The notes below the pieces were generated by a model. It was not told the DNA's origin, did not search any database, and was given only the letters and a program-made list of their open reading frames with translations. From assembly GCA_963836125.1 (NCBI GenBank), contig CAWIIK010000006.1, positions 31,975 to 95,974 of the forward strand: 64,000 bases of DNA. Direction: 5' to 3'. A program made the position numbers and the translations under genes. Of the stretch, positions 27,117 to 37,077 are shown in pieces. This stretch comes from an uncultured Acidobacteriota bacterium (GTDB lineage: Bacteria; Acidobacteriota; Terriglobia; Acidiferrales; UBA7541). Each line of letters begins with the position of its first letter. Within the stretch, counting starts at the first letter, position 1.

Positions 27117-27568
27117 CCATCTGACGGGCCCCCTTACTGTGTCGATTAGCAATGGACACCGATCGTTTGTTTACAGCGAGTTAGTGGCGTTTCTAGTCGC
27201 CGCAGTGTCGATTAGATTTGCGGCTCGGCTCCGGCCGGGATGGCTCGCAATGGGCGCCGCTTCTCGGAGCGCTGGCCTCCGGCCGGCGCTTTTACCACGG
27301 GTAGCTTGCTCCCGAAGAAAGGCCGCCGAGACGCCGACGCTACAAGCGATCACGCGAGCTTCGGGTAAAATTGATTGGGTGCTGACGTCTTCTTGAAGAC
27401 CGAGTTTTCAAAGAGCGTTCGGCCCTCGTCGAGAGGGCGGGCGGCATTTGCCACCTCCATCACGGTAGCAGATTGCGTGCAACAATCGGCTGGCCTTCGG
27501 TACAGTTTTAGCACGGGGCGCGTGTGCTGGCGTTCGCAACCCGCTTGGTGCGCTTCTTTCAAAAAAAC

Positions 27569-28396
27569 ATGAAAATCATCGACTCGCATGCGCACCTGGA
27601 AACGGCGGAATTCGACGCCGACCGCGCGGCGATGCTCGAGCGGGCCCGCGCGGCGGGCGTCGAGGCGCTGCTGGCGATTGGCAGCGGGACGAGTCCCGCC
27701 GAGCGCATCGACGCCGCGATTCCTTTCGCCGAGCAGCACGACTGGATCTACGCGACGATCGGCGTTCACCCGTACGACGCGAAGGCTGCCACCGAAGAAC
27801 ACTTCGCCCAGCTCGATGCGCTCGCCCGGCATCCACGCGTGATCGCGTGGGGCGAGATGGGGCTCGACTACCACTACGACGAGGAGCAGGCCCCGCACGA
27901 CGTCCAACAGCGGGTCTTCCGGCGGCAACTCGAGCAGGCGCGCGCCGCAAGGCTGCCGATCGTGATTCACTGCCGCGATGCGTGGGACGATTGCCTGACC
28001 ATCCTCGAAGAGGACTGGCGGCCAAGCGGGCTGGGCGGCATCTTTCATTGCTTCACGGCGACGCCGGCCGAGGCACGGCGCGGGCTCGACATGGGGTTTC
28101 TCGTGTCGTTCGCGGGCAACGTCACCTACCCGAAAATGCAGCATTTGCGCGACGTGTCGCGCGAGCTGCCGCTCGAAAGCCTGCTCACCGAGACCGATTC
28201 GCCGTTCCTGCCGCCGCAAGGACGCCGGGGGAAGCGCAACGAGCCCGCCTTTGTGGTAGAGGTAGCGCAAGCCTTGGGGAATGTGAGAAACTTAGCGGCC
28301 GAAGAGGTCGCGGCCACCACCGCGGCGAATTTTCGGCGGTTCTTCAGACTCGGCACGCCAGCTTTTCAGGACCAGCCCCACGGGGGCGCGAGGTAG
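27569..28396 (+). CDS. TatD-family metal-dependent hydrolase
   Basis: It starts MKIIDSHAHLE, and contains GEMGLDYHY, IHCRDA and LLTETDSPFL. Confidence 0.9.
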   Translation: MKIIDSHAHLETAEFDADRAAMLERARAAGVEALLAIGSGTSPAERIDAAIPFAEQHDWIYATIGVHPYDAKAATEEHFAQLDALARHPRVIAWGEMGLDYHYDEEQAPHDVQQRVFRRQLEQARAARLPIVIHCRDAWDDCLTILEEDWRPSGLGGIFHCFTATPAEARRGLDMGFLVSFAGNVTYPKMQHLRDVSRELPLESLLTETDSPFLPPQGRRGKRNEPAFVVEVAQALGNVRNLAAEEVAATTAANFRRFFRLGTPAFQDQPHGGAR

Positions 28397-28403
28397 ACCC
28401 AGG

Positions 28404-29414
28404 ATGGCATTCGCTGTCCAAATGGCCAAGGGCATCAAGGGCATCTTCGATCTGGTGCGCGACGACCTCGCGCTGGTCGAGCGCGAGATTGCTGGCGAGA
28501 GCTGCGGCGCGATCGAGCCGGTGGCGGAGATTTCCAGCTACTTGCGCGAGGGCGGCGGAAAGCGGCTGCGTCCGGCGTTGCTGCTGCTGAGCGCCGGGGC
28601 GGCGGGCTATCGCGGCGAGAGCGCGATCCGGCTGGGCGCGGTGGTCGAGATGATCCACAGCGCGACGCTGGTCCACGACGATGTGATCGACGGCGCCGAA
28701 ACGCGGCGCGGGCGCCCGAGCACCAACGCGCGCTGGGGCAACCACATGAGCGTACTCGCGGGCGACTGGCTCTACATGCAGTCGTTTGAGATGGCGCTGC
28801 GCGAGCGGAATTTCGCGGTGCTCGATATCCTGATCGACCTCACGCAAAACATGGTCGAGGGCGAACTGCTGCAGCTCGCGTGCCTCGGGCGAATCGACTT
28901 GACCGAGGCGGAGGCGATCGACCTCGCCTATCGCAAGACGGCGTGCCTTTTCAGCGGGTGCGCGCGCCTCGGCGCCGTGCTTGGCCAGCAGCCGAAACAC
29001 ATCGAAGAAGCGCTCGCGGAATATGGGCGCAACGCGGGGCTGGCGTTTCAGCTGGTCGACGATCTGCTGGATTTCACGGCGTCGCCCGAGAAGCTGGGCA
29101 AGCCGGTGCTGAGCGATTTGAAGGAAGGCAAAGTGACGCTGCCGCTGATCTTTGCTCTGCAGAATGGGGCCGGTGCCGGCGATAACAAAGGCAACGGGCA
29201 TTCGGCCTCCGAGGGCCGCAAGCTGACCGCGCGCGTCCTCGAAGAGCGCGGGTTCCTGAGCGTGCATCCGGACCAGATCACGAAGCTGGTGCGCGAAACG
29301 GGTGCGCTCGACCGCGCCGCCAATCTCGCACGCGAATATGTGAACCGCGCGAAGGCCTGCCTCGAGCGAACTCCCCGACACCGAATATCGCCGCGCTCTG
29401 CTCGCGGTTCCTGA
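28404..29414 (+). CDS. Polyprenyl diphosphate synthase (IspB-like, long-chain trans-prenyltransferase)
   Basis: It has both aspartate-rich motifs: LVHDDVIDGAETRRGRPS and FQLVDDLLDF. Confidence 0.9.
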   Translation: MAFAVQMAKGIKGIFDLVRDDLALVEREIAGESCGAIEPVAEISSYLREGGGKRLRPALLLLSAGAAGYRGESAIRLGAVVEMIHSATLVHDDVIDGAETRRGRPSTNARWGNHMSVLAGDWLYMQSFEMALRERNFAVLDILIDLTQNMVEGELLQLACLGRIDLTEAEAIDLAYRKTACLFSGCARLGAVLGQQPKHIEEALAEYGRNAGLAFQLVDDLLDFTASPEKLGKPVLSDLKEGKVTLPLIFALQNGAGAGDNKGNGHSASEGRKLTARVLEERGFLSVHPDQITKLVRETGALDRAANLAREYVNRAKACLERTPRHRISPRSARGS

Positions 29415-29471
29415 TTTCATCCTCGAACGCGAAAATTAAGAAAAGAGCCGACGAGCCCCCCGGCGCTACGT

Positions 29472-30443
29472 TCAATTCGCGCGCGGCCCGTCTTTCGCCG
29501 GATCGGATTTCGCCACGGCCGTCGAGCCTTTTCCTTCCTCTAGCGCGGCGCTCGCATCGGCCACGAGATCCTTGGGCGTCCACTGATTGTCCTCGTACCA
29601 CTTGTAGACCGTGCCCTCGGGCGAAATTACGGTCGTGCTCAGCGAATGAACGATCTGGCCGCCGTTGGGCGTGAAGAAAAGCCCGAAATAATCCGCGATT
29701 TTCTTCAGATCGGCCTGCGACGGAACGGCAAATTCCCAGCGGTCGAACGGAACCTTGCCGGCGACATCTTCGAACGATCCGCCATAGGCGCGAAGGACCT
29801 TCGGCGTGTCGTGCTCGGGATCGAAGCTGATCGTGAGCAGGCGCACTTTCGAGGCGAGCGCGGGATCTTTGCGCGTCTGCGCGTAAACCTCGGCGAAATT
29901 GCGCGAGACGAGCGGGCAGAACGTCGGGAATGGGCATCGTGTGTAGATGAACGTGACGAGCAGGACGTGGCCCTCGAACGAGCTCAGATGGATTCGCTTT
30001 CCGTCCTGATTGGTCAGCGCGAAATCGGGAACTTTTTCGCCGGGCTGGGGTTCGTGTTCGGTGCTCGGCGACTCGCCCTTGCCGCCGGTGCCTTTTTTGG
30101 TGACGACGATGTTCTCGAGGTAAGCGCCATCGCTCGCGACCACAACGTCGGCGGTGATTTCATCGCCCACGTCGAGCGGCTGGAGAATGTGCACGTCGCG
30201 CACGGGATATGCCATCGTCATCGCATCCATGAAGCCGGGGATGGCCTGATGATCGACGACGACCGAGCTGCCGCGCACGTCGACAGCAACGACCTTGCCG
30301 ACGAGGTGGTAGCGCTTGGCATTGGCGTCCTGCTGATGCTTGCATGCCGCGAGACCGAAAAGACAGCAGACAACGACGAGCGCGAGTGTGGCGTGCGCCA
30401 GCCGCCGTTCATGATTTCGTAAGCTTTGCATATTCAATTTCAC
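29472..30443 (-). CDS. SCO1/SenC-family copper chaperone lipoprotein with an N-terminal CusF-like copper-binding domain
   Basis: It has a lipobox (FGLAAC), a CusF-like stretch (YHLVGKVVAVD...VVVDHQAIPGFMDAMTMAYPV) and the SCO thioredoxin-fold motif FIYTRCPFPTFCP. Confidence 0.85.
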   Translation of the reverse strand: MKLNMQSLRNHERRLAHATLALVVVCCLFGLAACKHQQDANAKRYHLVGKVVAVDVRGSSVVVDHQAIPGFMDAMTMAYPVRDVHILQPLDVGDEITADVVVASDGAYLENIVVTKKGTGGKGESPSTEHEPQPGEKVPDFALTNQDGKRIHLSSFEGHVLLVTFIYTRCPFPTFCPLVSRNFAEVYAQTRKDPALASKVRLLTISFDPEHDTPKVLRAYGGSFEDVAGKVPFDRWEFAVPSQADLKKIADYFGLFFTPNGGQIVHSLSTTVISPEGTVYKWYEDNQWTPKDLVADASAALEEGKGSTAVAKSDPAKDGPRAN

Positions 30444-30494
30444 CCTTCTTTCTGGTGCCCCTCCATTTTACGCGCGCGAATCCGGAAATCGAAG

Positions 30495-32780
30495 TCAGTA
30501 ATGGAAGCGCCAGCGGAATTCCGCGTAAATTTCGCGGGGGTTATCGTAATGAAATCCACCGAAGGTCAGGCTGTTGTCGATCAACAAATGGCGGTTCGCG
30601 ACGTTGAGCGCGGTCACGGAAAACGAGTAGCGCTCGCCGAATTGTTTGCCGAGCGACAGATCGACCTGGGCGTGGCCCGGAAGATAGGGATCCTGATACG
30701 GCGAGCCCTCCACGCCCGCTTCGCCATTCGAGAAGCCCGAGCCGTAGTAAATATTTAGGCCCGCATAGGACTGCCACGGCAAAGTGACGTTCGAGCCCAC
30801 GCTGAGCGTGTTGCGCTGGTCGTGATCGAGCGCGCCCCATCCCGGCGGGGGCGTGGGGCCGAGGATCAAGCCGCCGGTTTCGGCTCCCTGGGCTTGGGCG
30901 ATCTGATTCGAATAGGCGAGGTGGACCTGCGCGCGATTCCAGATGCGGGGCGAGCGAATGGTGAGTTCGGTGCCGCGAATGCGCGATTCGGAGAACGTCA
31001 CGGGAATGAAGATGCTCGATTCGCCGATATTGTTGTGATCGAGGAAATTCACGCCTCGCGTTTCGAAATTGTCGATGTCGAGCGCCCAGCCGCGAATCGG
31101 GATCGTGACGCCGAACTGATGTTCCTCATCGCGCTCGCCATGCAAGGGTTCGAACGTGGTCAGGTTGCCTGAGTTTGTGAGCGTGATGAGATAGCTGAGC
31201 AGAGGTCCCGAGATCGTGACGAGCGGAGGCGGCTGGTAAAAGCGGCCCCAGAACGCGCGGAACACCCAGTTGACGTGCGGAATGCGAAGCGTGCCGCCGA
31301 TGCGCGGATAGGTGGTGTTCTCGGAGACGCCCGCCGAAAAGTGAGTCGCGCGGACACCGCCGATCAGCGTCAGCCAGGAAGTGACGCTGAATTTATCGCT
31401 GGCGAAGAGGGCGATGTCGTCGCCGGGGACGTTCTCGACATCAGAGATCGGAGCGGTGTCGCTGCCATCGTTGAAGATCAGCCCAAAGTTTTCATGCTGG
31501 CTTGCGGCGAAGGAGTAGACACCCACCTGCGCGTCATTTCTCGGGGCGTGAAAGGAGAGAACGGCCTGGCCGCCGCCGTAGTTCGTGGAAAATATCGCGT
31601 CGGTAGCGACGGGCGTATCGGTGACCGGACTGTGATAGCCGGAGGTGTTGTAGTGGTAGAACGGCGAGACGGTGAGGACCGCATTCGGGTTGAACGTGTG
31701 CACCCAGGAGAAGAGTGCGTACCCGTCCGTTTCCCGCTCGTGATCGCGCAAGCCGCTGGTCGGCCACTGCGAGTTGTCGAAACTGTCGGGATCGGGATCG
31801 TAGGGAATCTGGTAGTAGTCCTGGCGCAACTGCCCGTCGAAACGCAGCTGATCGTTCTGATCGAGGTTGTACATCAGCGAGCTGAAGCCGCCGTAGCCGT
31901 TTTCGGCGTCGTGGTAGATCTGCGCAATCGGGGTTTGGAGCCCGAGGTTGCTGCGGTTCCCATCCACGCTGGCGTAATACGCGAAGCGCTGTGTATGGCC
32001 GCCGAGGCTGAGCTGATCGTCGGTTTGATAGAAGCTGCCGACGGTGGTGGTGAGTTCGGCGTCGTTGTTCATGTCGAACCCCGACTTGGGAAGGATGTTG
32101 AACATGCCATAGGTGCGATCGCCGTATTGCGCGTCGTAACTGCCGCGGAGAATCTCGACGTAATCGACATCCTGCGGGTCGACGCGAGGAGCGAGGCTGG
32201 TCGCGATATTCGTGTCGGGAATGGGAACGCCGTCGATGAGCCACGAAGTCTGGTGGCCGCCGCGCATGTGGAGCATGTCGTGGGTGAGGTAGGCGGCGGG
32301 CGTGAAGTCGGTGATCATCGCAAGGCTGTTGGTCAAATCGGCGCCGGGCGTTCGCTCAATCTCCTCGCGATCGACCAGCGTGGTCGGCGTGAACGTCTCC
32401 TGCGCGGATGTGCCGATCTGGGAAGTCACGACTGCCGTCTGGCTGACGGGCGCAATGGAAAGCTGCAAATGAAGCACCTCGGAAGTATCCGAGGCCAGCG
32501 GAAAGCTCTGTTGCAACTCGGCGAACCCCGGCGCTTTCGCGGAGACGATATAGGCGCCGAAAGGCACGGCCGGGAAGGTGAATTCGCCGTCGGAATTCGT
32601 CTGCGTTTGCTCGGACCACTCGGAAGTGGCCGATTTCAGTGTAACGTGAGCGCCGGCGATGGGCCGATGCTGGGGATCGTGCACGATCCCGCGAACGGTC
32701 CCGAATACCGTCGCCTGCAAACCGCAGAGCGGCACGAGCAGGAGAGAAGCGACAGCTAGTCCTATCCACACCCACCGCAT
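30495..32780 (-). CDS. TonB-dependent receptor with an N-terminal carboxypeptidase-regulatory-like domain
   Basis: It has a signal peptide and a CarboxypepD_reg-like stretch (GAHVTLKSATSEW...TNSDGEFTFPAVPFGAYIV). Plug and barrel sequence follow, ending in aromatic residues (...EFRWRFHY). Confidence 0.85.
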   Translation of the reverse strand: MRWVWIGLAVASLLLVPLCGLQATVFGTVRGIVHDPQHRPIAGAHVTLKSATSEWSEQTQTNSDGEFTFPAVPFGAYIVSAKAPGFAELQQSFPLASDTSEVLHLQLSIAPVSQTAVVTSQIGTSAQETFTPTTLVDREEIERTPGADLTNSLAMITDFTPAAYLTHDMLHMRGGHQTSWLIDGVPIPDTNIATSLAPRVDPQDVDYVEILRGSYDAQYGDRTYGMFNILPKSGFDMNNDAELTTTVGSFYQTDDQLSLGGHTQRFAYYASVDGNRSNLGLQTPIAQIYHDAENGYGGFSSLMYNLDQNDQLRFDGQLRQDYYQIPYDPDPDSFDNSQWPTSGLRDHERETDGYALFSWVHTFNPNAVLTVSPFYHYNTSGYHSPVTDTPVATDAIFSTNYGGGQAVLSFHAPRNDAQVGVYSFAASQHENFGLIFNDGSDTAPISDVENVPGDDIALFASDKFSVTSWLTLIGGVRATHFSAGVSENTTYPRIGGTLRIPHVNWVFRAFWGRFYQPPPLVTISGPLLSYLITLTNSGNLTTFEPLHGERDEEHQFGVTIPIRGWALDIDNFETRGVNFLDHNNIGESSIFIPVTFSESRIRGTELTIRSPRIWNRAQVHLAYSNQIAQAQGAETGGLILGPTPPPGWGALDHDQRNTLSVGSNVTLPWQSYAGLNIYYGSGFSNGEAGVEGSPYQDPYLPGHAQVDLSLGKQFGERYSFSVTALNVANRHLLIDNSLTFGGFHYDNPREIYAEFRWRFHY

Positions 32781-32965
32781 AGAAATATTCCTCGTCCGTC
32801 CGGCAGTCCCCAATGTGGACGACTGCCCGTAACGCGTCGGGAAGCAGGCCTGGCTAGGGACTCGACGGCAGCGCAGGCGGGCACCCGCAGCTTGAGCTCA
32901 GAGGTGTTCAGCCCCGACGCGCACATACGCCGAGACTCAACGCGAGTTCATTTCAGGAGATGGAC

Positions 32966-33334
32966 TTAGCTTCGCGGAGGTTCGAAGGGAGCGGCGAAGA
33001 AACCGGAAGGGGCGGAGTACATTTGCGAAGCGAGTATCCGGGCGGCCGTAACCGACGCCACAAGAGACGCGACTGGCAGTGGCGCCGTCGGAGCCATCAG
33101 CGTGCTCAGACCGTAATCCGGCGGGTGATGCTTCGTATTCATCGCGCACTGGTGAAGCGAGCCGGCGGCCTGCCCGCACAGCATCGGGGCGCGGTGCCCC
33201 TGCGCGAGAAGGGTTCGATTCACCAGGTCGCACATGCAGTCGCACGCGGACTGGCTGCAATCGGAACGCGCCAGCAGCGCCATCGGAGTTGCCAGCAGGG
33301 CGAGGATCACGAGAATCGCATGCGCACGCCGCAT
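32966..33334 (-). CDS. Small secreted Cys/His-rich protein (hypothetical)
   Basis: It has a signal peptide (MRRAHAILVILALLATPMALLA) followed by DCSQSACDCMCD...H..PMLC...HQC...KHH. It lies directly upstream of, and co-oriented with, the TonB-dependent receptor. Confidence 0.55.
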   Translation of the reverse strand: MRRAHAILVILALLATPMALLARSDCSQSACDCMCDLVNRTLLAQGHRAPMLCGQAAGSLHQCAMNTKHHPPDYGLSTLMAPTAPLPVASLVASVTAARILASQMYSAPSGFFAAPFEPPRS

Positions 33335-33443
33335 CGCGAAAAACCCTAACACACGGTCACGGTGCGTGGCAATGCCGAATTCGGCCTGATCCGTGCGGGC
33401 GCGAATTGTTTTCTGCGGGCGTTCGCGATAGGCTGGCCGAATT

Positions 33444-34382
33444 GTGCTGCCATTCAAGCTGGTCTACGACGAACGCTACGATCTTAATTTGGGCACGCAC
33501 GTCTTTCCCTCGCAGAAATTCCGGATGATCCACGACCACTTGCTCGCGGAGAAGCTGGCGTCGCCCGATGATTTCCTCGCGCCTGAGCCCGCCTCGGACA
33601 AAGACATTTTGCGCGTCCACTCGCAGGACTACGTCTACAAGCTGAAATCAGGAACGCTCAGCCATACCGAGATTTTGCGGATGGAAGTTCCCTACTCGAA
33701 AAAACTGGTGGAAGCCTGCTGGCTCGCTGCCGGCGGATCGATTCTCGCGGGGCAGCGCGCGCTCGAAGGCGGCTGGGCCGCGAACGTCGGGGGAGGGTTT
33801 CATCACGCCTGCCCGGATCATGGCGAGGGCTTCTGCGTGATCCACGATGTGGCCGTCGCGATCCGACGGCTACAATTTGACGGCAAGATCGAGCGCGCGA
33901 TGGTCGTCGATACGGACGTCCATCAGGGCAACGGCACCGCCGAGATTTTCAGTGGCGATGGGGACGTGTTTACGCTCTCGATCCATCAGGAACACAATTA
34001 TCCGTTCCCGAAATCGCGCTCGACGGTCGATATCAGCCTGCCCGACCGCATCGGCGACGCCGATTATCTCGCGATCCTCGAGAAGTACTTGCACGAGGCA
34101 TTTCGCGATTTTTCGCCGCAGATTCTTTTCTACGTCGGCGGCGCCGATCCCTACCGCGAAGACCAACTGGGCGGCCTCTCGCTGACGATGGAAGGCCTCG
34201 CGCGCCGCGATGCCCTCGTCTTTGATTACGCGCGGCGCAATGGCGCGCCGGCGGTGATTACGCTGGCGGGAGGCTACGCGCGGAAGATCGAGGATACGGT
34301 GAGCATCCACATCAACACGATTCTCGCCGCGCGCGATGCCGCGCTCGAGAGCGCGCACAGCCAGGAATCGAAGGCCCATTGA
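33444..34382 (+). CDS. Histone deacetylase-family (acetoin utilisation / deacetylase-like) amidohydrolase
   Basis: The core reads GGFHHACPDHGEGFCVIHDVAVA...VVDTDVHQGNGTAEIF. The start codon is GTG. Confidence 0.9.
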   Translation: MLPFKLVYDERYDLNLGTHVFPSQKFRMIHDHLLAEKLASPDDFLAPEPASDKDILRVHSQDYVYKLKSGTLSHTEILRMEVPYSKKLVEACWLAAGGSILAGQRALEGGWAANVGGGFHHACPDHGEGFCVIHDVAVAIRRLQFDGKIERAMVVDTDVHQGNGTAEIFSGDGDVFTLSIHQEHNYPFPKSRSTVDISLPDRIGDADYLAILEKYLHEAFRDFSPQILFYVGGADPYREDQLGGLSLTMEGLARRDALVFDYARRNGAPAVITLAGGYARKIEDTVSIHINTILAARDAALESAHSQESKAH

Positions 34383-34397
34383 CGCGGCGCCCCGAAA

Positions 34398-35711
34398 TTA
34401 TGGCGGTGTGGTTAGCGCCTTCTGGATGGCCGCTGTGAGGGATTCGGTGAATCCTTCGGGCGGAAGACCGCCGACGCGATACACGATGTTTCCGCTGCGG
34501 CCGAGAACCAAAACCGTCGGCAGGCTATCGACTTTCATGAAATCGTCAAGGCCGTCGGCATAGATCACCGGGACATCCCATTTCTGGCTGGCGACGAATG
34601 GCGGGACCTGCGTCTGATCGTCGTCGGTATTGGCGGCGAAGAACGCGACGTCGGTATTTCGCGCGTAATTCCCGGCTACCTGGTTGAACAGCGGCTCGAG
34701 TTCCTGACAAGGCTCGCACCAGGTAGCCCAAAAACTCAGCACGACCACTTTGCCCTTGAGCGGCGCGAGCGGCAGCGGCGAGCCATCGAGGCGCCGCACC
34801 ACAAATTCGAATGCGTCCTTGGCATCCTTGTTTCGCGCCGCAGGCCCTTTGGCGGAATCGGCTTGAGCTGGATAGGCGCGGTCGTATGCGGCGAGGATGA
34901 CGTCGCCTAATCCCTGATCGCTGCCGTGAACTTGCCGCCACACATTGCCGAGCTTGCGCCGCAGATCGCGGCGGTCCACCGTGCCGGCCGGGCCATTTTC
35001 GGGAAGCGCAAATGCGAGCGCATATTCGTCGATCGCCCGAGCGGAATCGTTTCTCAGTTCGGCGATTTCACCGAGCTGTTCGGCGGCGAGCGCATTCGGG
35101 CGCGCGGAATTGCTCTTGTGCAGATCTTTCACCGCCGCATCGTAGTTTTTCTGCGAGGTTTCGATCTGCCCGCGGACGTAATAGAGAGCTGCGAGAAGCT
35201 GGCTGTGGCCGTCCTGCCATTCGGCAAGCGATTCGCTCGATGGTTTCTCGTCGGGCGGAGTTTTTTCGACGCGATCCAGCACGCGCGACACGTATCCGGA
35301 GGCTCGCACGAGGCTCGCATCGTCTCCCTTTTTCTGCAGGAGGCTCGTGGCGAGCAACATCATCTGCGAATCGTCCGGGCGCAGCGCGATAAATCGCTCG
35401 GCGTAGTCGAGGGCGCAGTCGTTGTTGCGGATCTGCTGGCAGCCTTCAACGAGCGCGCGATAGATGCTGGGGCGGCGCGGCGAATCGGGAAAACGGGCGA
35501 GATAGGCCGTTAGATTCCGCACCAGCGCGGCGCTGTCGTCGCCCGCATCGGCGAGCGCCTTTTGCAACTCGGCTTCCTCCTGCGCCTGTTTTTTTGCTTG
35601 AGCTTCCTGGGCCGCTTTCGAGGGGGCCGCATCGGGACTGGGTTCCTGCGCCCTGGCAGCGCTCGACACTAGAAGGACGCCGGCCACCAACGCGAAACAT
35701 AGGGCTCGCAT
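34398..35711 (-). CDS. TPR-repeat protein with a C-terminal TlpA/ResA-like thioredoxin domain
   Basis: It has a signal peptide (MRALCFALVAGVLLVSSAARA), TPR-like helices and a redox motif (VVVLSFWATWCEPCQ). Confidence 0.8.
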   Translation of the reverse strand: MRALCFALVAGVLLVSSAARAQEPSPDAAPSKAAQEAQAKKQAQEEAELQKALADAGDDSAALVRNLTAYLARFPDSPRRPSIYRALVEGCQQIRNNDCALDYAERFIALRPDDSQMMLLATSLLQKKGDDASLVRASGYVSRVLDRVEKTPPDEKPSSESLAEWQDGHSQLLAALYYVRGQIETSQKNYDAAVKDLHKSNSARPNALAAEQLGEIAELRNDSARAIDEYALAFALPENGPAGTVDRRDLRRKLGNVWRQVHGSDQGLGDVILAAYDRAYPAQADSAKGPAARNKDAKDAFEFVVRRLDGSPLPLAPLKGKVVVLSFWATWCEPCQELEPLFNQVAGNYARNTDVAFFAANTDDDQTQVPPFVASQKWDVPVIYADGLDDFMKVDSLPTVLVLGRSGNIVYRVGGLPPEGFTESLTAAIQKALTTPP

Positions 35712-35766
35712 CAGGCCACGATCCTGACGTGAAGACCATGCAAGACCCAGCGCATCGTTCGGCGGC

Positions 35767-37068
35767 TCATTGAAAGTCGAGCAGGACATCTACCGTGTGG
35801 GTCGCAGGATCCTTCTGAAGGAACCGCCCGATCTTTTCGTAGTGAAAGGGAAAACCGGCAAACGCCTCCTTGATTCCATCGGAGAGAAAATCCTCATACA
35901 TGCTGTTGTCGAACACCGCGCCCGGCGGAATCTTCCAGGCAGCGCGAGCGCGGCTTTCGCCATCGATCGAGAGGCCGCTCAGGACCAGCTTGCCCATGTG
36001 GTATTGCGGACCTTCCGCGATCGAAACCGAATAGTTTACTTTCGCCGCGGCGTCATCGAAACGAGGGACCGGCTTGAGATCGACATCGAGGTAGCCGTGC
36101 TGCATGTAAAGCGCGCGCGCCGCCTCCCAGCCTGCCTCGATTTTCATCCCATCGGCGGGCTCGCCGGCGTGCAGCGGAATCGCCGTATCCAGATCGAGCA
36201 CCCCGACCGCCGAATTGCCGCTCCACGTGGCGCCGCCCCAGGTGAAGGCGGGGCCCGGATCGACATGGGCTACCACGGCCACCGCGCCACTCGCGAATTT
36301 CGCCTGCGGCGGATCGAACCGCACTTGCAGGAAAGCGTGCGCCAGATACACGGGACGCACCTGCTCGAATTCGAAAAGCTCGACCGCGCTGCGGGAAAAC
36401 GGCTGCCCGACAATGTCGCCAAGGCGGGCGTGAATGCCGCGATCGCCCTGAGCAAGCGGATCGGTAAAATCAACCGAGGCGATCCGGATCGCATTCCCTT
36501 CGATGTGAAACTGCACAACCTTGTCGCCGGAGGGCTGCGTGATCAGCGCGTGAGACACCGTGAAGTTCATCCCGTGCGTGGCGATCAATTTTGCAAGAGC
36601 CTCCGACATGGCATCGAGAATCGCGCCGTGCGGGGGCGCCTGGCCATCGAAAAGCACGCCCGCGGATTTAATTGCCGCTTTCAGCTCATCGTCCGTGAAT
36701 CCGGGAAAATTGTCGAACGAAATCGGGACCTCGGGGCCATCCGTCACCTGGTATTCCACGCGCACGCCCGCGTCGCCGCTGGAAAAACGGTAATTGACCG
36801 TGGTGAACGGGCCGAGCTGCACGAGCGCGTTGGCCGCCTTCTGCAAATCGTCGCGAGAAACCTGCGTGCCCACCTGAAGGCCGGTTGCGGGAACCAGTAG
36901 CGCCGAAGAAAAGCGCGAAGAGCCCGTCACCTCGACGGAATCAAGGCGCGAAGTCGCCTCTTGCGATTGCGACGCCGCGCACATCGGCAACAGCGCGAAG
37001 ACGATCGATGCCAAACAGATGGCCGCCGGAGCGTGCAGTCGCAACCGGAACCAGCCTCGATGCCTCAT
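35767..37068 (-). CDS. POTRA-domain-containing secreted protein
   Basis: It has a signal peptide followed by repeated POTRA-like units (LDSVEVTGSSRFSSALLVPATGLQVGTQVSRDDLQKAANALVQLG...). No obvious beta-barrel follows. Confidence 0.6.
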   Translation of the reverse strand: MRHRGWFRLRLHAPAAICLASIVFALLPMCAASQSQEATSRLDSVEVTGSSRFSSALLVPATGLQVGTQVSRDDLQKAANALVQLGPFTTVNYRFSSGDAGVRVEYQVTDGPEVPISFDNFPGFTDDELKAAIKSAGVLFDGQAPPHGAILDAMSEALAKLIATHGMNFTVSHALITQPSGDKVVQFHIEGNAIRIASVDFTDPLAQGDRGIHARLGDIVGQPFSRSAVELFEFEQVRPVYLAHAFLQVRFDPPQAKFASGAVAVVAHVDPGPAFTWGGATWSGNSAVGVLDLDTAIPLHAGEPADGMKIEAGWEAARALYMQHGYLDVDLKPVPRFDDAAAKVNYSVSIAEGPQYHMGKLVLSGLSIDGESRARAAWKIPPGAVFDNSMYEDFLSDGIKEAFAGFPFHYEKIGRFLQKDPATHTVDVLLDFQ

Positions 37069-37077
37069 ACGCTGAGT

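Noticed and set aside
27139-27396. The 85-aa ORF in the metG-tatD spacer, as a real gene.
   Set aside because: It has no Shine-Dalgarno sequence, an Arg/Ala/Ser-rich low-information translation, and lies inside a repeat- and hairpin-containing spacer.
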